A stretch of DNA of 64,000 nucleotides from Callorhinchus milii (GCF_018977255.1 NW_024704742.1:18354001-18418000); one strand, 5' to 3'. Shown: positions 11,382-24,284, counted from the stretch's first letter. The notes: generated by a model not told the origin, from the letters alone. Made by a program: numbers and translations.

Positions 11382-12091
11382 GTATGTGTATGGGGACTCC
11401 AGACTGTCCAGTCTGAATTCTTTACAACTCCTAAACTGCGGATACTTTATTGTGAGAATATTTCTCAGTCCATCCAGCTGTGAGTTTAATCTGAGCAGAG
11501 TGACTTGTACCTTTTTTTTAATGTAGGGATGCAAATGGAAAAAAAAAGTTGTCCATTTTGTTAAGGACCTGTTGCATATCAACGCAATTTGTTGTTGTCA
11601 CTGTCGAATGCCATTAAAGAACCAGAGCCTCAGGATATCTCACTATATCTCATTAAATCTCTAACAGTAAACTTTCCAGATAATTCATTCCCATTATAAA
11701 TGTGGTACTAAACCAATACCCCATTGTTTCTATCCCTCATATTAATTAGTAAAAGGCATATGTATCAGTACTCATATTTAGAAATCAAGTTCCTGTATCT
11801 CAGAGTTGAATGGTTTCACATTTTTAGTAAATACTTATTGGGAATGGTGATGATATAAAATTCAACTCTGCGGTCTTTATAAATGCCGCAATCTCACGAA
11901 ATTTGTTAGTTATTTGTCTATACACACACACACATACATACATAACAGAGGAATAGCTCGAATGGTCTTAAACATCAATTAGAATGAAGGCAAACCTTGG
12001 CGATCTGAAAATATTGAATATCAACAGGCTGTCAATTGGCCTTTGGGAGTAGAAACTGGGTAGTGTTTGTGGTATGACCAGGGTTCTGAAG

Positions 12092-12373
12092 ATTTTCTTT
12101 TAAACTATTCTCCCCCACCTGAAAAAAATAGTTTCAAAGAATGTCAAAGAAACTAAAGTTGATACAAATGAATTCTATCAAGATTGACTTATTATTCTTC
12201 ATATTTAATTCATATTTCTTTTAAACTATTCCCCCTGAAAAAAATAGTTTCAAAGAATGTCAAAGAAAAAAAAATGTTTTTTTCCCTTTGATACAAATGA
12301 ATTGTGTCAAGATTGACATATTCGTCTTCTTATTTAATTCATAGGAATTGTATCAAAGTTGACATTCTTCTTG
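12092..12373. repeat. Imperfect tandem duplication, ~120-130 bp unit x2 plus partial third
   Basis: tttcttttaaactattc...aaaaaatagtttcaaagaatgtcaaagaaa...ttgatacaaatgaatt...tcaagattgac...atttaattcata occurs at ~12092 and ~12214. Confidence 0.9.
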
Positions 12374-13195
12374 TGTAGCTTTCTTACTTAAATAGCTCAT
12401 GGATTAGTTGAACGTTGTTTAGTTGTTCATAGCAAACACCCACTGAACCCACGGTTTGGGAAGACAGAAGGAAACAAATCCAGCCCCAATGCTGGTATCA
12501 GTGCCATCTGAACATTTCACGCACATAACTCCAGGCAACATAAAAAGTGAAATACGGCAGCACCTTCAGAGTTGTGTACCAAACATTTCTATATCCTGGA
12601 ACACTGCAACAGCGGCCAGGCATGCGAAGGAGAATACATTGTTTGGAGAACACATTGCCCGATAGAATGACGAACGGCGTTTCCCCGGGGGAATGGAAAC
12701 CACACGATTCCCCAACTCCACGACTAGTTAACTATGGAGCAGGGGAATTGTGTGGTTTCCAATGGTATTCTAATAATTCATTCATCTTTGCACAGAAGTT
12801 GTGCGGTTGGTGGAGAGTGTACGGATTTAGCTTACATTCGGGGGCGGGAGGCGGGGTGGTCATAAGTGGCAGGATGTTTTGTTGTTTATTTCAATGTATT
12901 TTTAATGCCCTTTCAGGCCCTGTTTCGATCATGCTTTTCCATCAAACTTGATGTGAAACTATAGATGTTACAAAGTCTCAGATTCTGTACTTTTATAACT
13001 ACAGTACCTGCAAATGCAATTTAAAAAGACCTTCATTGTTTACATATATCAAGTGGAATTTTTTAAAATGATGTACAATAAAACAGTTTTCTATACTCCC
13101 AATACTTGACAGCTGAGAAACATCCTGTGCAATCATTGTCTGTTTCTGGCTGTATATTTAATCCTTTCAATTTTTTTTGCATTTGATATAGCACC

Positions 13196-13216
13196 TTTAT
13201 TTATTTATTTATGTAT

Positions 13217-13247
<31 letters not shown>

Positions 13248-13248
13248 T
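13196..13248. repeat. (TTTA)n microsatellite
   Basis: Direct reading; just upstream of the exon 3 acceptor. Confidence 0.95.
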
Positions 13249-13262
13249 TGCTTCACTTGCAG

Positions 13263-13363
13263 TGCAGCCTTTGACCATCCAGAAGGATTCTGTGACAGGT
13301 GTTTGGAAAAGGAAAATACTGAAGATTTTATTCGCTTGTTCACATTGTACTCCAGTAATTCAG
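13263..13363 (+). CDS. GUCY1A1: sGC alpha1 coding exon 3 (AAFDHPEGFCDRCLEKENTEDFIRLFTLYSSNS)
   Basis: Acceptor ttgcttcacttgcag|, donor TCAG|gtaatt. 101 nt bridges phase 2 to phase 1 with no stop. Weak similarity to human LEREDFEK. Confidence 0.8.
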
Positions 13364-13457
13364 GTAATTATTTCCATTTTCCTGTTTCGTGCTGTTCAAT
13401 TTCACTCTGAATTCCTGGGAGAGTGACTAATAACCATATGCTGGGACTTAACCACAG

Positions 13458-14173
13458 GTATTAAAGCCGAGCAGCTAAGACAATCGCTTGGGGAGGAACT
13501 CTTCAAAATCTGTTTCGAGGAAGATGAGCAGATCTTGAAACTAGTTAGTAGGACACTCAGAGACTTCTTAAACAGTTTTAATACCCTTCTGAAACATGAC
13601 CAATCTCACCTGGAAGGGGATGGGGATGTGAAGGCTCTCCAGGAATCCTCTATTCTTTGCCTTGAGGAAAACGATGGACCTCTGAAAGTGTATTGCTTTT
13701 TCCCCAATGAACTAATTGGATTTATACTTCCTGGTTTGATCAAGGCAGCTGCCCAGATGTTGTACGAAGATGAGGTAAGGGTGGAACTGGTACCAAGGTG
13801 CTCAGAGGATGGGGTCAGTGACTTTCCAAACTGCACTTACCTCATGTATATTGTTTCTCAGACAAAGGTCAAGACAAATAGTTTGCCCCAATTGCGGAAC
13901 ACTTCAACTGTGGCCAATGTCCCTGTCTCCACCTTCTGTAAAACGTTCCCATTCCACTTCCTTTTTGACCGAGCGATGTGGCTGATGCAGATCGGAGACG
14001 GAATGAGAAGACTTTTGAACAAAAGAGACTTTTTAAAAAGGCCCAACTTTAACGAGCATTTCCAGATCATCACCCCTCCCATCTGCGGCTCGTTCAGTGG
14101 GATCCGGAGCATGTTAAACACACAGTTTATTATAAGAATAAGACAAGACCACACGGCAAAAGAACAGGAAAAG
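13458..14173 (+). CDS. GUCY1A1: sGC alpha1 coding exon 4 (pseudo-H-NOX and start of PAS/HNOBA)
   Basis: cacag|GT ATT AAA... reads SLGEELFKICFEEDE...TLRDFLNSFNTLLK...FCKTFPFHFLFD...MLNTQFIIR; donor AAG|gtgagc; 716 nt. Confidence 0.96.
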
Positions 14174-15729
14174 GTGAGCTTGTTTGAAAAGTATTATTGC
14201 TGCTGCTCCCAACCCCTAGATGTTGCCCTCCTTATAGTTCCTACATTATTTCAATGCATGCTTTGGTATCTTACCTTGAGTTGTATAAAGTAGGTGGTAT
14301 TCAAAAGTTACTTTTTTGTAACCTATGAATTACTAGTCTTCAAGGTTAGAATCTTCAGGTAAGTTTTACCTACTAACTCTATTAACTACCTCTTTGGTTG
14401 GTCAACAAAATAGATGTTTCTTGATTGAATATTTCTTGGTTTATGGTATAAATATATGCTATTTTATTATTTCTACGATTATTTTGTGATATCTAGTGAT
14501 ATCCCAAAACAACTTCAGAATAGTAAGCCTTTTACAGATATTTATTCACCATATATTATGGACCACATACTATACCCGTTTACCCCTTCGCCTATTTTCT
14601 TGCATATTTAGCAAGTTTTATTTGAATAGTAATATAAGGGAATTGGCTGACTGTACTAACCAGTGAAAGGGCTGAATTAACATTAGCTCCGACATAGGAC
14701 TGAAAAATGTGCTATGTGAAGTGATAATGATTATTGGTGGGAATTATCACAACCCATATTGCTTTTTGACCTCTACGTTACTAATCCCTTGGTGTTTCTG
14801 CTTTCGTCGCATACATTAACTTAGCCCTCACACAGTTAGAGGTCAACGTTTCCTCCCAGCCAGTTCTTGAAAATTTGCTGTGTGAACAAACATTTTTAAA
14901 TGACAGAAAACAAGATGTTGAAGTTATTTATGGCTTTATGCATGTGATAAAGGATGTTATAGCACAGAAATAGGGCACAATTGTGCTGGTAGTTTTCTCC
15001 ACATGAACCACATAATTTAATATTTTTCTCTCTCTCATTCTCTCTCATTCTGTCTCTCTAGTTCCCTTGCTTTTTCTTTGACGTTCACTTACCGCGTCTC
15101 CTGTGAAATCTATATAGTTCCAGTTCTCAGCTGCCACCTTTTCCTGCTCAAGCTCCAGAACATTAGCAAATAATTTATTGCTCTGCAATTCCACCTCAAA
15201 CTTATCAGGGAACAAGCTGTGATTCATAGACCAGATGTTGTTGTAGATGACAGCTAAATCATCCTGCTGGGGAAAAACTATTTGTTTAAAATTAATTTTA
15301 GCGCAATGTTTAAAACATATGCAGGTACTTGTCTCAGATAAATCAATCTTGAGGTGATTTGTGCCTGGCAGCTAACCTAAGAATTACGTGAGAGCACATA
15401 CTGGTCATTTCTGACACCAAATAAAATGGGGAGGATCTTTTAAAATCTCATGGTTTCATCCTAAATAAAATAACGGATTATATTTTTCAAACGAGTTTAA
15501 CATGTTTGGCACTACCTGGTAGTAGTGGAATACCAATGGAACTATAGTATAAAACCTCTGAAGTTGAACGTTTGTCCACTTGATTCCAGTTTCCTGGTTC
15601 AAGCAAATAATAGGTTCTGATTAATGATTGAGGAACCTTACTTATTCTGTATGCCACACAACCTTAATTTATAGCACTGCTTCAATAACACTCCTGGATT
15701 AAGAAAGTTTGCATTCACCACCTTATCTT

Positions 15730-15885
15730 TCACTCACTCACTCACTCACTCACTCACTCACTCACTCACTCACTCACTCACTCACTCACTCACTCACTCA
15801 CTCACTCACTCACTCACTCACTCACTCACTCACTCACTCACTCACTCACTCACTCACTCACTCACTCACTCACTCACTCACTCAC
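15730..15885. repeat. (TCAC)n perfect tetranucleotide array
   Basis: ~155 nt uninterrupted. Confidence 0.98.
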
Positions 15886-15892
15886 AACAGTC

Positions 15893-16710
15893 AGTACACC
15901 TCAGGCGATGACAGCATCAGCATCCAAGGCTGCACTCTCCACCTCTCAAAGCAGTCAGGAACCTCGGGGTTCTGTTTGACCCTGAGCTGTCCTTTCTTCC
16001 CCACATCCGCGCCACAACTGGCACCACCTTCCACCACCTCCGGAACATCGCCAGATTAACGCACTACCTCACCCCTCACGCTGCTGAAACTGGTCCACGC
16101 CTTTATCATCTCAAGGCTGGACTATGGGAACTCTCTCCTCGCCGGCCTTCCCGGCACCTCCCTCCACAAGCTGCAGGTCATTCAGAACTCTGCAGCTCAT
16201 GTACTGTCCCGCATGAGGCTTCGTGACCACATCACTCCCACCCTCGCTCGCCTCCACTGGCTCCCCATCCCCCAGAGGATCGAATTCAAGATCCTCACCC
16301 TCACCTACAAGGCCATTCACGGGCTTGCTCCCTTCTACCTCTCCGACCTACTATCCCCCTACCTACCTGCCCGTACCCTCTGTTCCTCTGGCTCTGGTCT
16401 GCTCCACGTCCCCCGCCCCAACCGCCCTACCATCGGTGGCCGGGCTTTCAGCCTCTCAGCCCCTAGGCTCTGGAACTCCATCCCCCAGTGCCTTCGCCGC
16501 CTCCTCCCTTTCCTCCTTCAAGGCCGGTCTCAAGATCTTTCTCTTCAGCTCCCCTCTCGACTCTCTACCCCCTCCTCGCTCCCTCCCTTTCCTCCCCTCA
16601 CCCTGACCATTTCCCCCCTGCTCGGGTCCCGACTCAACTGTCCAATGCCTTGGGACGTCCTCCCGACGTGAAAGGCGCTCTATAAATGCAATCTTGTTGT
16701 TGTTGTTGTT
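15893..16710 (+). mobile_element. L2-clade LINE, 5'-truncated young copy
   Basis: [24 protein letters not shown]...[17 protein letters not shown]; tail gacgtcctcccgacgtgaaaggcgctctataaatgcaatc(ttg)n. Confidence 0.93.
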
Positions 16711-17084
16711 GAACACAATTGTACTCATTTGTAGCAAATAGTTGTTGAGTGATTGTATAATTAACTTTCATTTGTTTCTATAAATAATCCACTTAAAAGA
16801 ACACCCAATTATGCTGGGTTTCTAAAGGTTGGAGACACCAGTTGACACAGGTTTAAGCTTTATCTCCTGGTTGAAACACAGTCAGACTGACACATTTGTG
16901 TCCTGTGGTTTGTACATGTGCTGTGAATGTATAGTTCAATTATCCAAACAATTGCAGTATCTGCAACAAATTCAGTGGCTGGTAACTGCTGTCATTCTCA
17001 CAATATAATGTTCTAAGGTTTATTATTAAATAAATAATAATAAAAATAGCTGATGGAGGGCAAGAATACTTGTTGTAACAATGA

Positions 17085-17445
17085 CTCAATACAATACAAA
17101 TTTCCATTTGTATAGTTCATTCATGTTGGGAGGACATCCCAAAACACTGGACAGTACAAGGTTTGCACTCGAGCTGGGGATAGAAGCCGAGGGGATGGGG
17201 GTGAGGAGGATGATGCGGAGAGAAATGAATGGCTGAATGCACTGTCAACGGGGAAGGTCTTGAGGCAGACCTTGAAGGAGCGAGGAAAGATGTGAGTCAA
17301 AGTGAATATGGCATGGAGGTCAAGAGAGTTGGACAGATATGACAGACAGATATGCTAAAAGGCTGACTACCGATGGATGGGCAAAGAATGTGCATCAGTC
17401 TAGTGCCCACTGAGTGGAGGGAGCAACCAGATTGATAGGGAGTCT
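17085..17445 (-). mobile_element. Degraded L2 3' end
   Basis: Reverse L2 tail (aatacaatac...ttgggaggacatcccaa) followed by gaccttgaaggag. Confidence 0.6.
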
Positions 17446-17755
17446 CACCTCTTTGTTATGTTTACTTTTCATATTTGACCAATTACTTGGGCATGGGCAG
17501 AAAAGCAGTCAACCTGGGAACAAATGCAGCTAACTGCTATCTTTCTAAGTCATATATTGTAGCTTCTATAGCACTTACCAAATCATATTCGTTGGGAGGA
17601 GTGGTCATCATTGCAGGAATTCCAATTGGTAATTCAGTATGATTGTGAGTTTTACCAAAAGAACCAGGGAAGCGTTTATATGATTTACATTCAAAATCTG
17701 TGTTGGAATTGTTGGGAACTCTTAGCTGCAATTACACCATGTAATAATTACACAG

Positions 17756-18241
17756 GTTATGGACATCAAAGGCCAAATGATTTATGTGCCGGAATCCAAA
17801 AGCATCTTGTTTCTGGGATCACCGTATGTGGATAAACTCGAAGAGTTCACTGGACGTGGCTTGTACCTCTCAGATATCCCTATCCACAATGCTTTGAGGG
17901 ATGTTATCCTTGTTGGAGAACAAACCAAAGCCCAAGATGGACTGAAGAAAAGACTGGGTAAATTGAAAGGTGCCCTTGAAAAGGTTCACCAGGCCCTCGA
18001 AGAGGAAAAGAAAAAGACAGTGGATCTTTTGTTCACAATATTTCCTGGCAAAGTGGCCCAGCAGCTGTGGCAGGGACAATCCGTTCAGGCCAAGAAGTTT
18101 GAGAACGTCACCATGCTTTTCTCGGATATTGTAGGCTTCACTGCAGTCTGTGGTCGCTGTTCACCAATGCAGGTTGTCACCATGCTGAATGAGTTATACA
18201 CCATGTTTGACTACCATTGTGGCGAGTTGGATATCTACAAG
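17756..18241 (+). CDS. GUCY1A1: sGC alpha1 coding exon 5 (PAS, coiled coil, start of catalytic domain)
   Basis: [10 protein letters not shown]...[16 protein letters not shown]...[13 protein letters not shown]...GELDIYK; cacag| and AAG|gtagga; 486 nt, phase 0-0. Confidence 0.97.
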
Positions 18242-18329
18242 GTAGGATTCGTATTACTATTATTATATTATTATCCTTGTTTCATTGCTTTGCCCTGGAA
18301 TAAGGTCACGGAACGAGTTGTTGCTTTGT

Positions 18330-19660
18330 TCCCTCCTCTCCCTTCATGAACCCCTCCAATTGAGTTTCCATGTTGCCCACAGCACAGAAACAGCCCTGGT
18401 CAAAGTGACAAATGATATTCTGTCCATCTGCAACCAGAACTCCCTCTGCCTCCTCGTCCTCCTTGACCTCTCTGCTGCCTTCGAAACTGTCGACCACTCT
18501 CTCCTCATCCACTGCCTCGCCTCTCACCTCAACCTTCACAGCTCTGACCTTGATTGGTTCAGATTGTACTTCTCACACCGCCTCCACTTCATCTCCACAA
18601 ACGGTTTCTCCTCTAGTCCTCACACCGTCTCGTGTTGGCTTTCCTCAGGGCTCTGCCCTCAGTCCCCTCCTCTTCAATACTTATATGCTCCCTCTTGGTG
18701 ACATCATCCGCAGACATGGGGTCAACTTCCACATGTATGCGGATGACACCCAACTCTATCTCTCTGCCTCCAACCTTGAATCCAGGACAACTCTGTCAGA
18801 CATCAAGTCCTGGATGAGAGCTAATTTTCCTTATTTGAACGTGAACAAGACCGAGGCTCTCCTGATTAGCTCCTACACACTCCACTCGATGCACACTCTA
18901 CCTTATTAAACCAGTCCGAAAACTTGGTGTCTTGTTTGACCCTCAACTATCCTTTCTCCTACACATCTGTGCCATGACCCGCTCTGCCTTCCCCCACCTA
19001 CGGAAAATCGCCCGACTCCGCCATTATCTCACAACGCAGGCCGCCGAAACCCTCATACACGCATTCATAGTATCGAGGCTTGACTATGCAAACTCCTTGC
19101 TTGTTGGCCTCCCCAACTCCTCCCTCCATAGGCTGCAGATCATCCAGAACTCTGCAGCCCGTATCCTCTCCCGCACCAGGCTCTGTGACGCTATTATTCC
19201 CATCCTTGCACGATTCCACTGGCTTCCCATCATACAGAGGATACAGTTCAAGATCCTGGCCCTCACCTTCAAAGCCCCCCATGGTCTTGCTCCCCCTACC
19301 TCTGCGACCTCCTAACCCCCTACCATCCTGCTTGCTCCCTCCACTCAGCGGGCTTTGGCCTGCTTCACATCCCCCGCCTCGCTCGCTCCACTATTGGTAG
19401 GCGGGCCTTCTGCCAATCTCCCCCCATGCTCTGGAACTCCATCCTGTGGTCCCTCCACCTTGCCCCCTCAATTGCCACCTTCAAGACCCATCTCAAGCCC
19501 CACCTCTTTGACCCTGATTTTGATCACCCTGCTTCCCCTGCTGCTCTCCACCCTCCTCAATCCCAACCCCCAGCTCGGGTCCAAAACTCTGACTGTCCAG
19601 CGCCTTGAGACATCCTCCCAATATGAAAGGTGCTATACAAATGTAATTTTGTTGTTTGTT
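18330..19660 (+). mobile_element. L2 LINE RT/3' fragment
   Basis: [48 protein letters not shown]2 tail. Confidence 0.93.
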
Positions 19661-20329
19661 TGTACTTCCGTTGAAGAAATTGGGTTTTCCATCAATTTTT
19701 GTTAAAATGCATGGTTGCTCCAAACATTCAAATTATTTTGCAGATTTGAAAAATGAGCAGTTTTGATCTTCTGAATATTTTAGAAAGGTGGAGAAAGAAT
19801 TTCTTCACTTTTAAAGCCTTCCGGGGATATACCAAACAATGTGCAAACCTTTTTCTCAATCAGAATTAAAGATACAAAAGTTTCAGATGCATTTCCCCAT
19901 TTGTAGTTTTTGGCCCATTGATATGTGATTTATTTCAGTTGCTTCTATTCTGAAATATAAATGTTGCAAAAATGTCACAAATGCAAGTCTGTGTGTTATA
20001 TCACATACTTGGGAAGAATGTTATTGTATTTTCTTAGAAATTCACAACAATGAGGATTTGGCAAATACTTTAATATGGTCTTAATTTTGAAGTCAGTTTT
20101 CTGTATATTCTTTTAAGAACTCAAAAAACAGTTTCAAGGATAAGACAGGATTTAAAAATTTGGCAAATTCTGCACATTCTGAAATACTAAGAAAATTGAG
20201 AAAACTTAGACCCAGATTGAATTTTGTGTTCACTGTATACGGAGTGAACAATGTTGGTTGTTTCTGTATAGAATACTGTCATATTATGAATTAAAAATTA
20301 GATTGAATGTAGGGTTTGTCTGAAGCAGG

Positions 20330-21355
20330 CAATACAATACAAAATTACATTTGTAAAGTGGCTTTCACATCGGGAGGATGTCCCAAGGCAAAGTGAAGGG
20401 AATGTGGGATGCAGTTCCAGAGGGTGGGGGCAGAGAGGCTGAAGGCCCAACCGCATGGAGCAGGCAGGCGCCTGCTGAGTGGAGGGAGCAGACAGGTTGA
20501 TAAGTGGTTAGCAGGTCAGGGAGGTAGGAGGAGGCAAGGCCTTGGAGGGCCTTGAAGGTGAGGACAAGAATTTTGAACTCAATCCTCTGATGGATGTGGA
20601 GCTAGGTGAGGGTGGGTGTGATGGGGTCACGGAGCCTGGTGTTGGGATCACCCCCATTCTTGCCGGATTCCACTGGCTTCCCATTCATACAGAGGATACA
20701 GTTCAAGATCCTGGTCCTCACCTTCAAAGCCCTCCATGACCTTATTCTCCCCTACCTCTGCGACTTTCTAACCCCTTACCAACCTGCCTGCTCTCTTCTC
20801 TCAGCGGGCTCTGGCCTGCTTCAAGTCCCCCGCCGCCCACCCACCATTGTCGGGTGAGCCTTCTGCCACTTTGCCCCCACCCTCTGGAACTCCATCCCGC
20901 AGTCCCTCTGCCTTGCCCCTCCTTTGCCTCCTTCAAGATCCATCTCAAGACCCTTCTCTTTGACCGTGTTGTCAGTCACCTTCCTTCGCATCCTCCTGCC
21001 CTCCACCCTCCCCGATCCAGATCCCCAGTTTGGGTCCGAAACACTGATTGTCCAGCAACTTAAAAGGTGCTTTACAAATGTAATTTTGCTGTTGTTGTTG
21101 TCTGGCATGGTGAGGTGGAATGTGCATCCATGGATTCTGATGCTACCAGTGCTTGAGGTGCGGAGGTTGCTGGTGTGAGTCTATCAGGAGAGCCTCAGTC
21201 TTGCTGACGTTCAATTGTAGAAAGTTGCCTCTCATCCAGGACTTGATGTCTGATAGGCAGCCTTTCAGGACATCAGTGGTCCTGGGGTCGCGGGTGGAGG
21301 CAGAGAGATAGAGTTGAGTGTCACCCGCTTCATGTGAAAGTTGACCCCATGTGTG
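20330..21355. mobile_element. Composite of L2 fragments: minus (20330-20645), plus (20646-21100), minus (21101-21355)
   Basis: Reverse tail at 20330, forward RIQFKILVLTFKALH and (ttg)n tail at ~21100, then reverse [10 protein letters not shown]...DIKSWMR. Confidence 0.85.
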
Positions 21356-21609
21356 TGGATCAAACCTGTTTGCATGATTTTTCAGTAATTCTTGATTGTG
21401 ATTTCTGAAGGCAATTCTAATATTTAGCATTTGTCATTAAAATAAAATCAATATAAACACCTTGGTCTTCATTGAAAAGCCCCATAGAAACAATATATGT
21501 TGATTCACTTGTGAATTGCATTGTCATGTATTCACAGATGATAGAGGGTTTATGTTTTTATCTCCTTTATCCCCTGATTATCTTTTGGTTGATGGGTTGC
21601 ATGAACAAG

Positions 21610-21753
21610 GTGGAGACTATTGGCGACGCGTACTGCGTAGCTGGAGGGTTACACAAAGAAAGCAAAACCCATGCTGTTCAGATTGCCCTGATGGCACTGA
21701 AGATGATGGAGATGTCAGACAAGGTGACGACTCCAGATGGTGAGCCTATTAAG
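21610..21753 (+). CDS. GUCY1A1: sGC alpha1 coding exon 6 (catalytic domain)
   Basis: [48 protein letters not shown]; 144 nt; donor AAG|gtgaga; the acceptor is a weak aag. Confidence 0.95.
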
Positions 21754-24284
21754 GTGAGACTCAGCTTTTTACTTATAAACAGCATAACTTACAGTTCCTG
21801 TTGTTAAACTTGTTTTGAAGATGAAGTACTGTTAAGTAAGTAGGAAATTACTTTCTGTAGAGTGTATTCCAAGCATTTTATTTTGGTTAACTGGGTGTCT
21901 GATACATGCGGATACCATGCTTAAGAGTATCCAAACCAAGCTGAGAGTTCCATACCTCTCACCTATGCATTGGAAAGTCCAGAAACGTTTATTGGAATGG
22001 AAAGTGCACTCTCTCCCCGAGGGACACATCCTGCTTACCTAATTCCAGAAAGTATTAGGCCCAGTTTGGCAAGAGCCAAGGGTTGGGGACCTCAGAATGT
22101 GAGTTGCTAAATATATCACCTTAGAGTCAGTTCAGCTCCAAGGAGACCCCTCTTACCTCCACCCAAGGAGGATAGTCACTAATTGGTTATTTGACATCTG
22201 ACAAGCATGGGTTTGACCCCTGACTAGGAGGATAGCAGGTACCAGGAACTCCCTACAAGCTTCCCGACGGGCAACGCAGCTCAGCATGAAATGCATGAGA
22301 GCATTGCCCACAGCTTGGACATATATCCCTTCCTATTAAGCGATGATTCCACCAGTTGGAAGTGCGGAGCTTGAGCAGCAGCTGTTTACCCATCTGCAAA
22401 CCAATCAAGCTGGATTTGAAGCATTGGATGTAAGAACATGTGTTCTTGAACTGAGACTCCAGATTACACCTTCTAGCAGCTGTTGCCCTTGGGCTCCGAG
22501 TTTCCTCATCAATTATCTGATGGACATCTCTCTTCAGTGTGGTGGGAGTACCTGTACAGGATGGCTTGTGACGTGCCAGCTACCTTGATGTTCTTGAAGT
22601 CCAATGCTGCATACCAGGCTTAGCCTCAGCTGCTTAAATCCAGGGCTTCATGTGAGGGCCTTTGGCAAATAGAAGGATCCACTGTGAAACCGCCTCCGCC
22701 TCTCGGGTGCTCAACAACAGGTCAGTATAGGCCGGAGCCCTCTCTCCCTGATTCCTGTGTTTGCCACAAATGAATCTCACTACTTAATCCTGGACTTTGC
22801 AAAAGGGGCATTCCCAGGAACGTGGATCCATAAAGGAGGACTGTTTGCAAATCTTACATGCTGCAAGCTTGACCTGCATTGAAACCTTGCTGTCCTTGTA
22901 GCGAGACAAGCATCACCAGAGTGCCCTTTGCCCCTTCTCTGTGTGGTCCTTCCGGACAGTGTCCAGGCAAAAGTTGGTGTTCACCAAATTTCAAGCATGA
23001 TATGATATCAGCCAGAAGAAGAACACTTTTAACATCCCTGAGACTTTATATATTTATTTATTTCAATTTTTATTCATCATTCTGAGGTAGTTTGGTCCAA
23101 TGGTTTCCTCCAGTATGTCAATCATCTTCTATTTTTGACTGCTTTGCTTCCATCGCATCTGTGATGAATTTGTTTTGTTTTTGCTCATGTTATAATGGAA
23201 CAAAAAACACTATTTTTGAGAAATTAACATAGCCTTATGTGTTGTATAATCTCATTCTATCCAACTGAATGGAACGTTCCTTTGTCTCTTGTGAAAAAAA
23301 GCCATTAGGAAGAACAAGAGCTATTCCTTTGTTGTAATCGACATGAAGTGCAGAATACAGAGGATGCGAACGGTCACCTGCTTTTAAATGTGACAACCTG
23401 CTTATCTAGTTTCATAAACACAGGTTGACAAGAGCCAAGGCTTTGGACCCCAGAGTGTGTGTTGGAGTAATGCTGAAGTTCAACTAGCTAAACCTACATA
23501 TCTTGCCATTTAGAGCAATGTCTGGCAATCTTCCTGTTGTTTATCCATCTAGGATCATCCAACCCAATAGGGCTTCAGCTTGCAGGGTTAACAGGAACTT
23601 AGTGAAAAGAATCCCTGCAGCAAGAAATCGAGTTGTACCTCAAAGGCCTGCAACTGAGCTGGGCTGGTTGATCTGTCATCAACAGTCCCTTTGAATATTA
23701 TAACTTATTCCCTCTTTGAAAATTGTGAGTCTTGCCTTGTATGAGAAAAATAATAGTTTCAGCAGAAACTGGTCAGTACATTTACTGATTCAAAATGTCT
23801 TTTCTTCCCCAATGGAAAGCTGACTATTCTTTAATTCACTTCTTTCTGTTAAGTAAACACTGGTGAGTAAGTCAAGTGTGGTTCAGTGCCTTCCCTAGGG
23901 ATGCTTTTAAATAAATGTTGTTGTTAGTGAGGATTCCATTATCATATCAAGCTATTTAAAGTTATCTAGCTGGTAACTTTATGTACTGTTTATGCAGAAT
24001 TTTACATACAGTTCCCAGCATCCAGACCATGAAAGGAACCAAATGTTCAGTGTAAGAAAGTTACTAATTGTAGAGCTAGAACATCAGTATTTACTGGACG
24101 CTGGATGTGATGAATGATCATTTCTCATTTCTTCTCTTATTGTTTCAAGTTCTTAATTTGCTGAATCAATGTCTATGCACATTTACACACACCATACCAT
24201 CTTTGCTCAGAATGTGAGTTAAAAATGGGTTCAATATTTATCACATTAAATTTGATGGTGACAGAATCACCCCCCATCCCCCAA

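Noticed and set aside
13364..13457. U12-type intron (cttaac close to the 3' AG)
   Set aside because: The donor is GTAATT, not the U12 consensus GTATCCTT.
15709..15890. (THSL)n ORF or CRISPR-like periodicity
   Set aside because: A plain tetranucleotide microsatellite with no spacers, in a eukaryotic intron.
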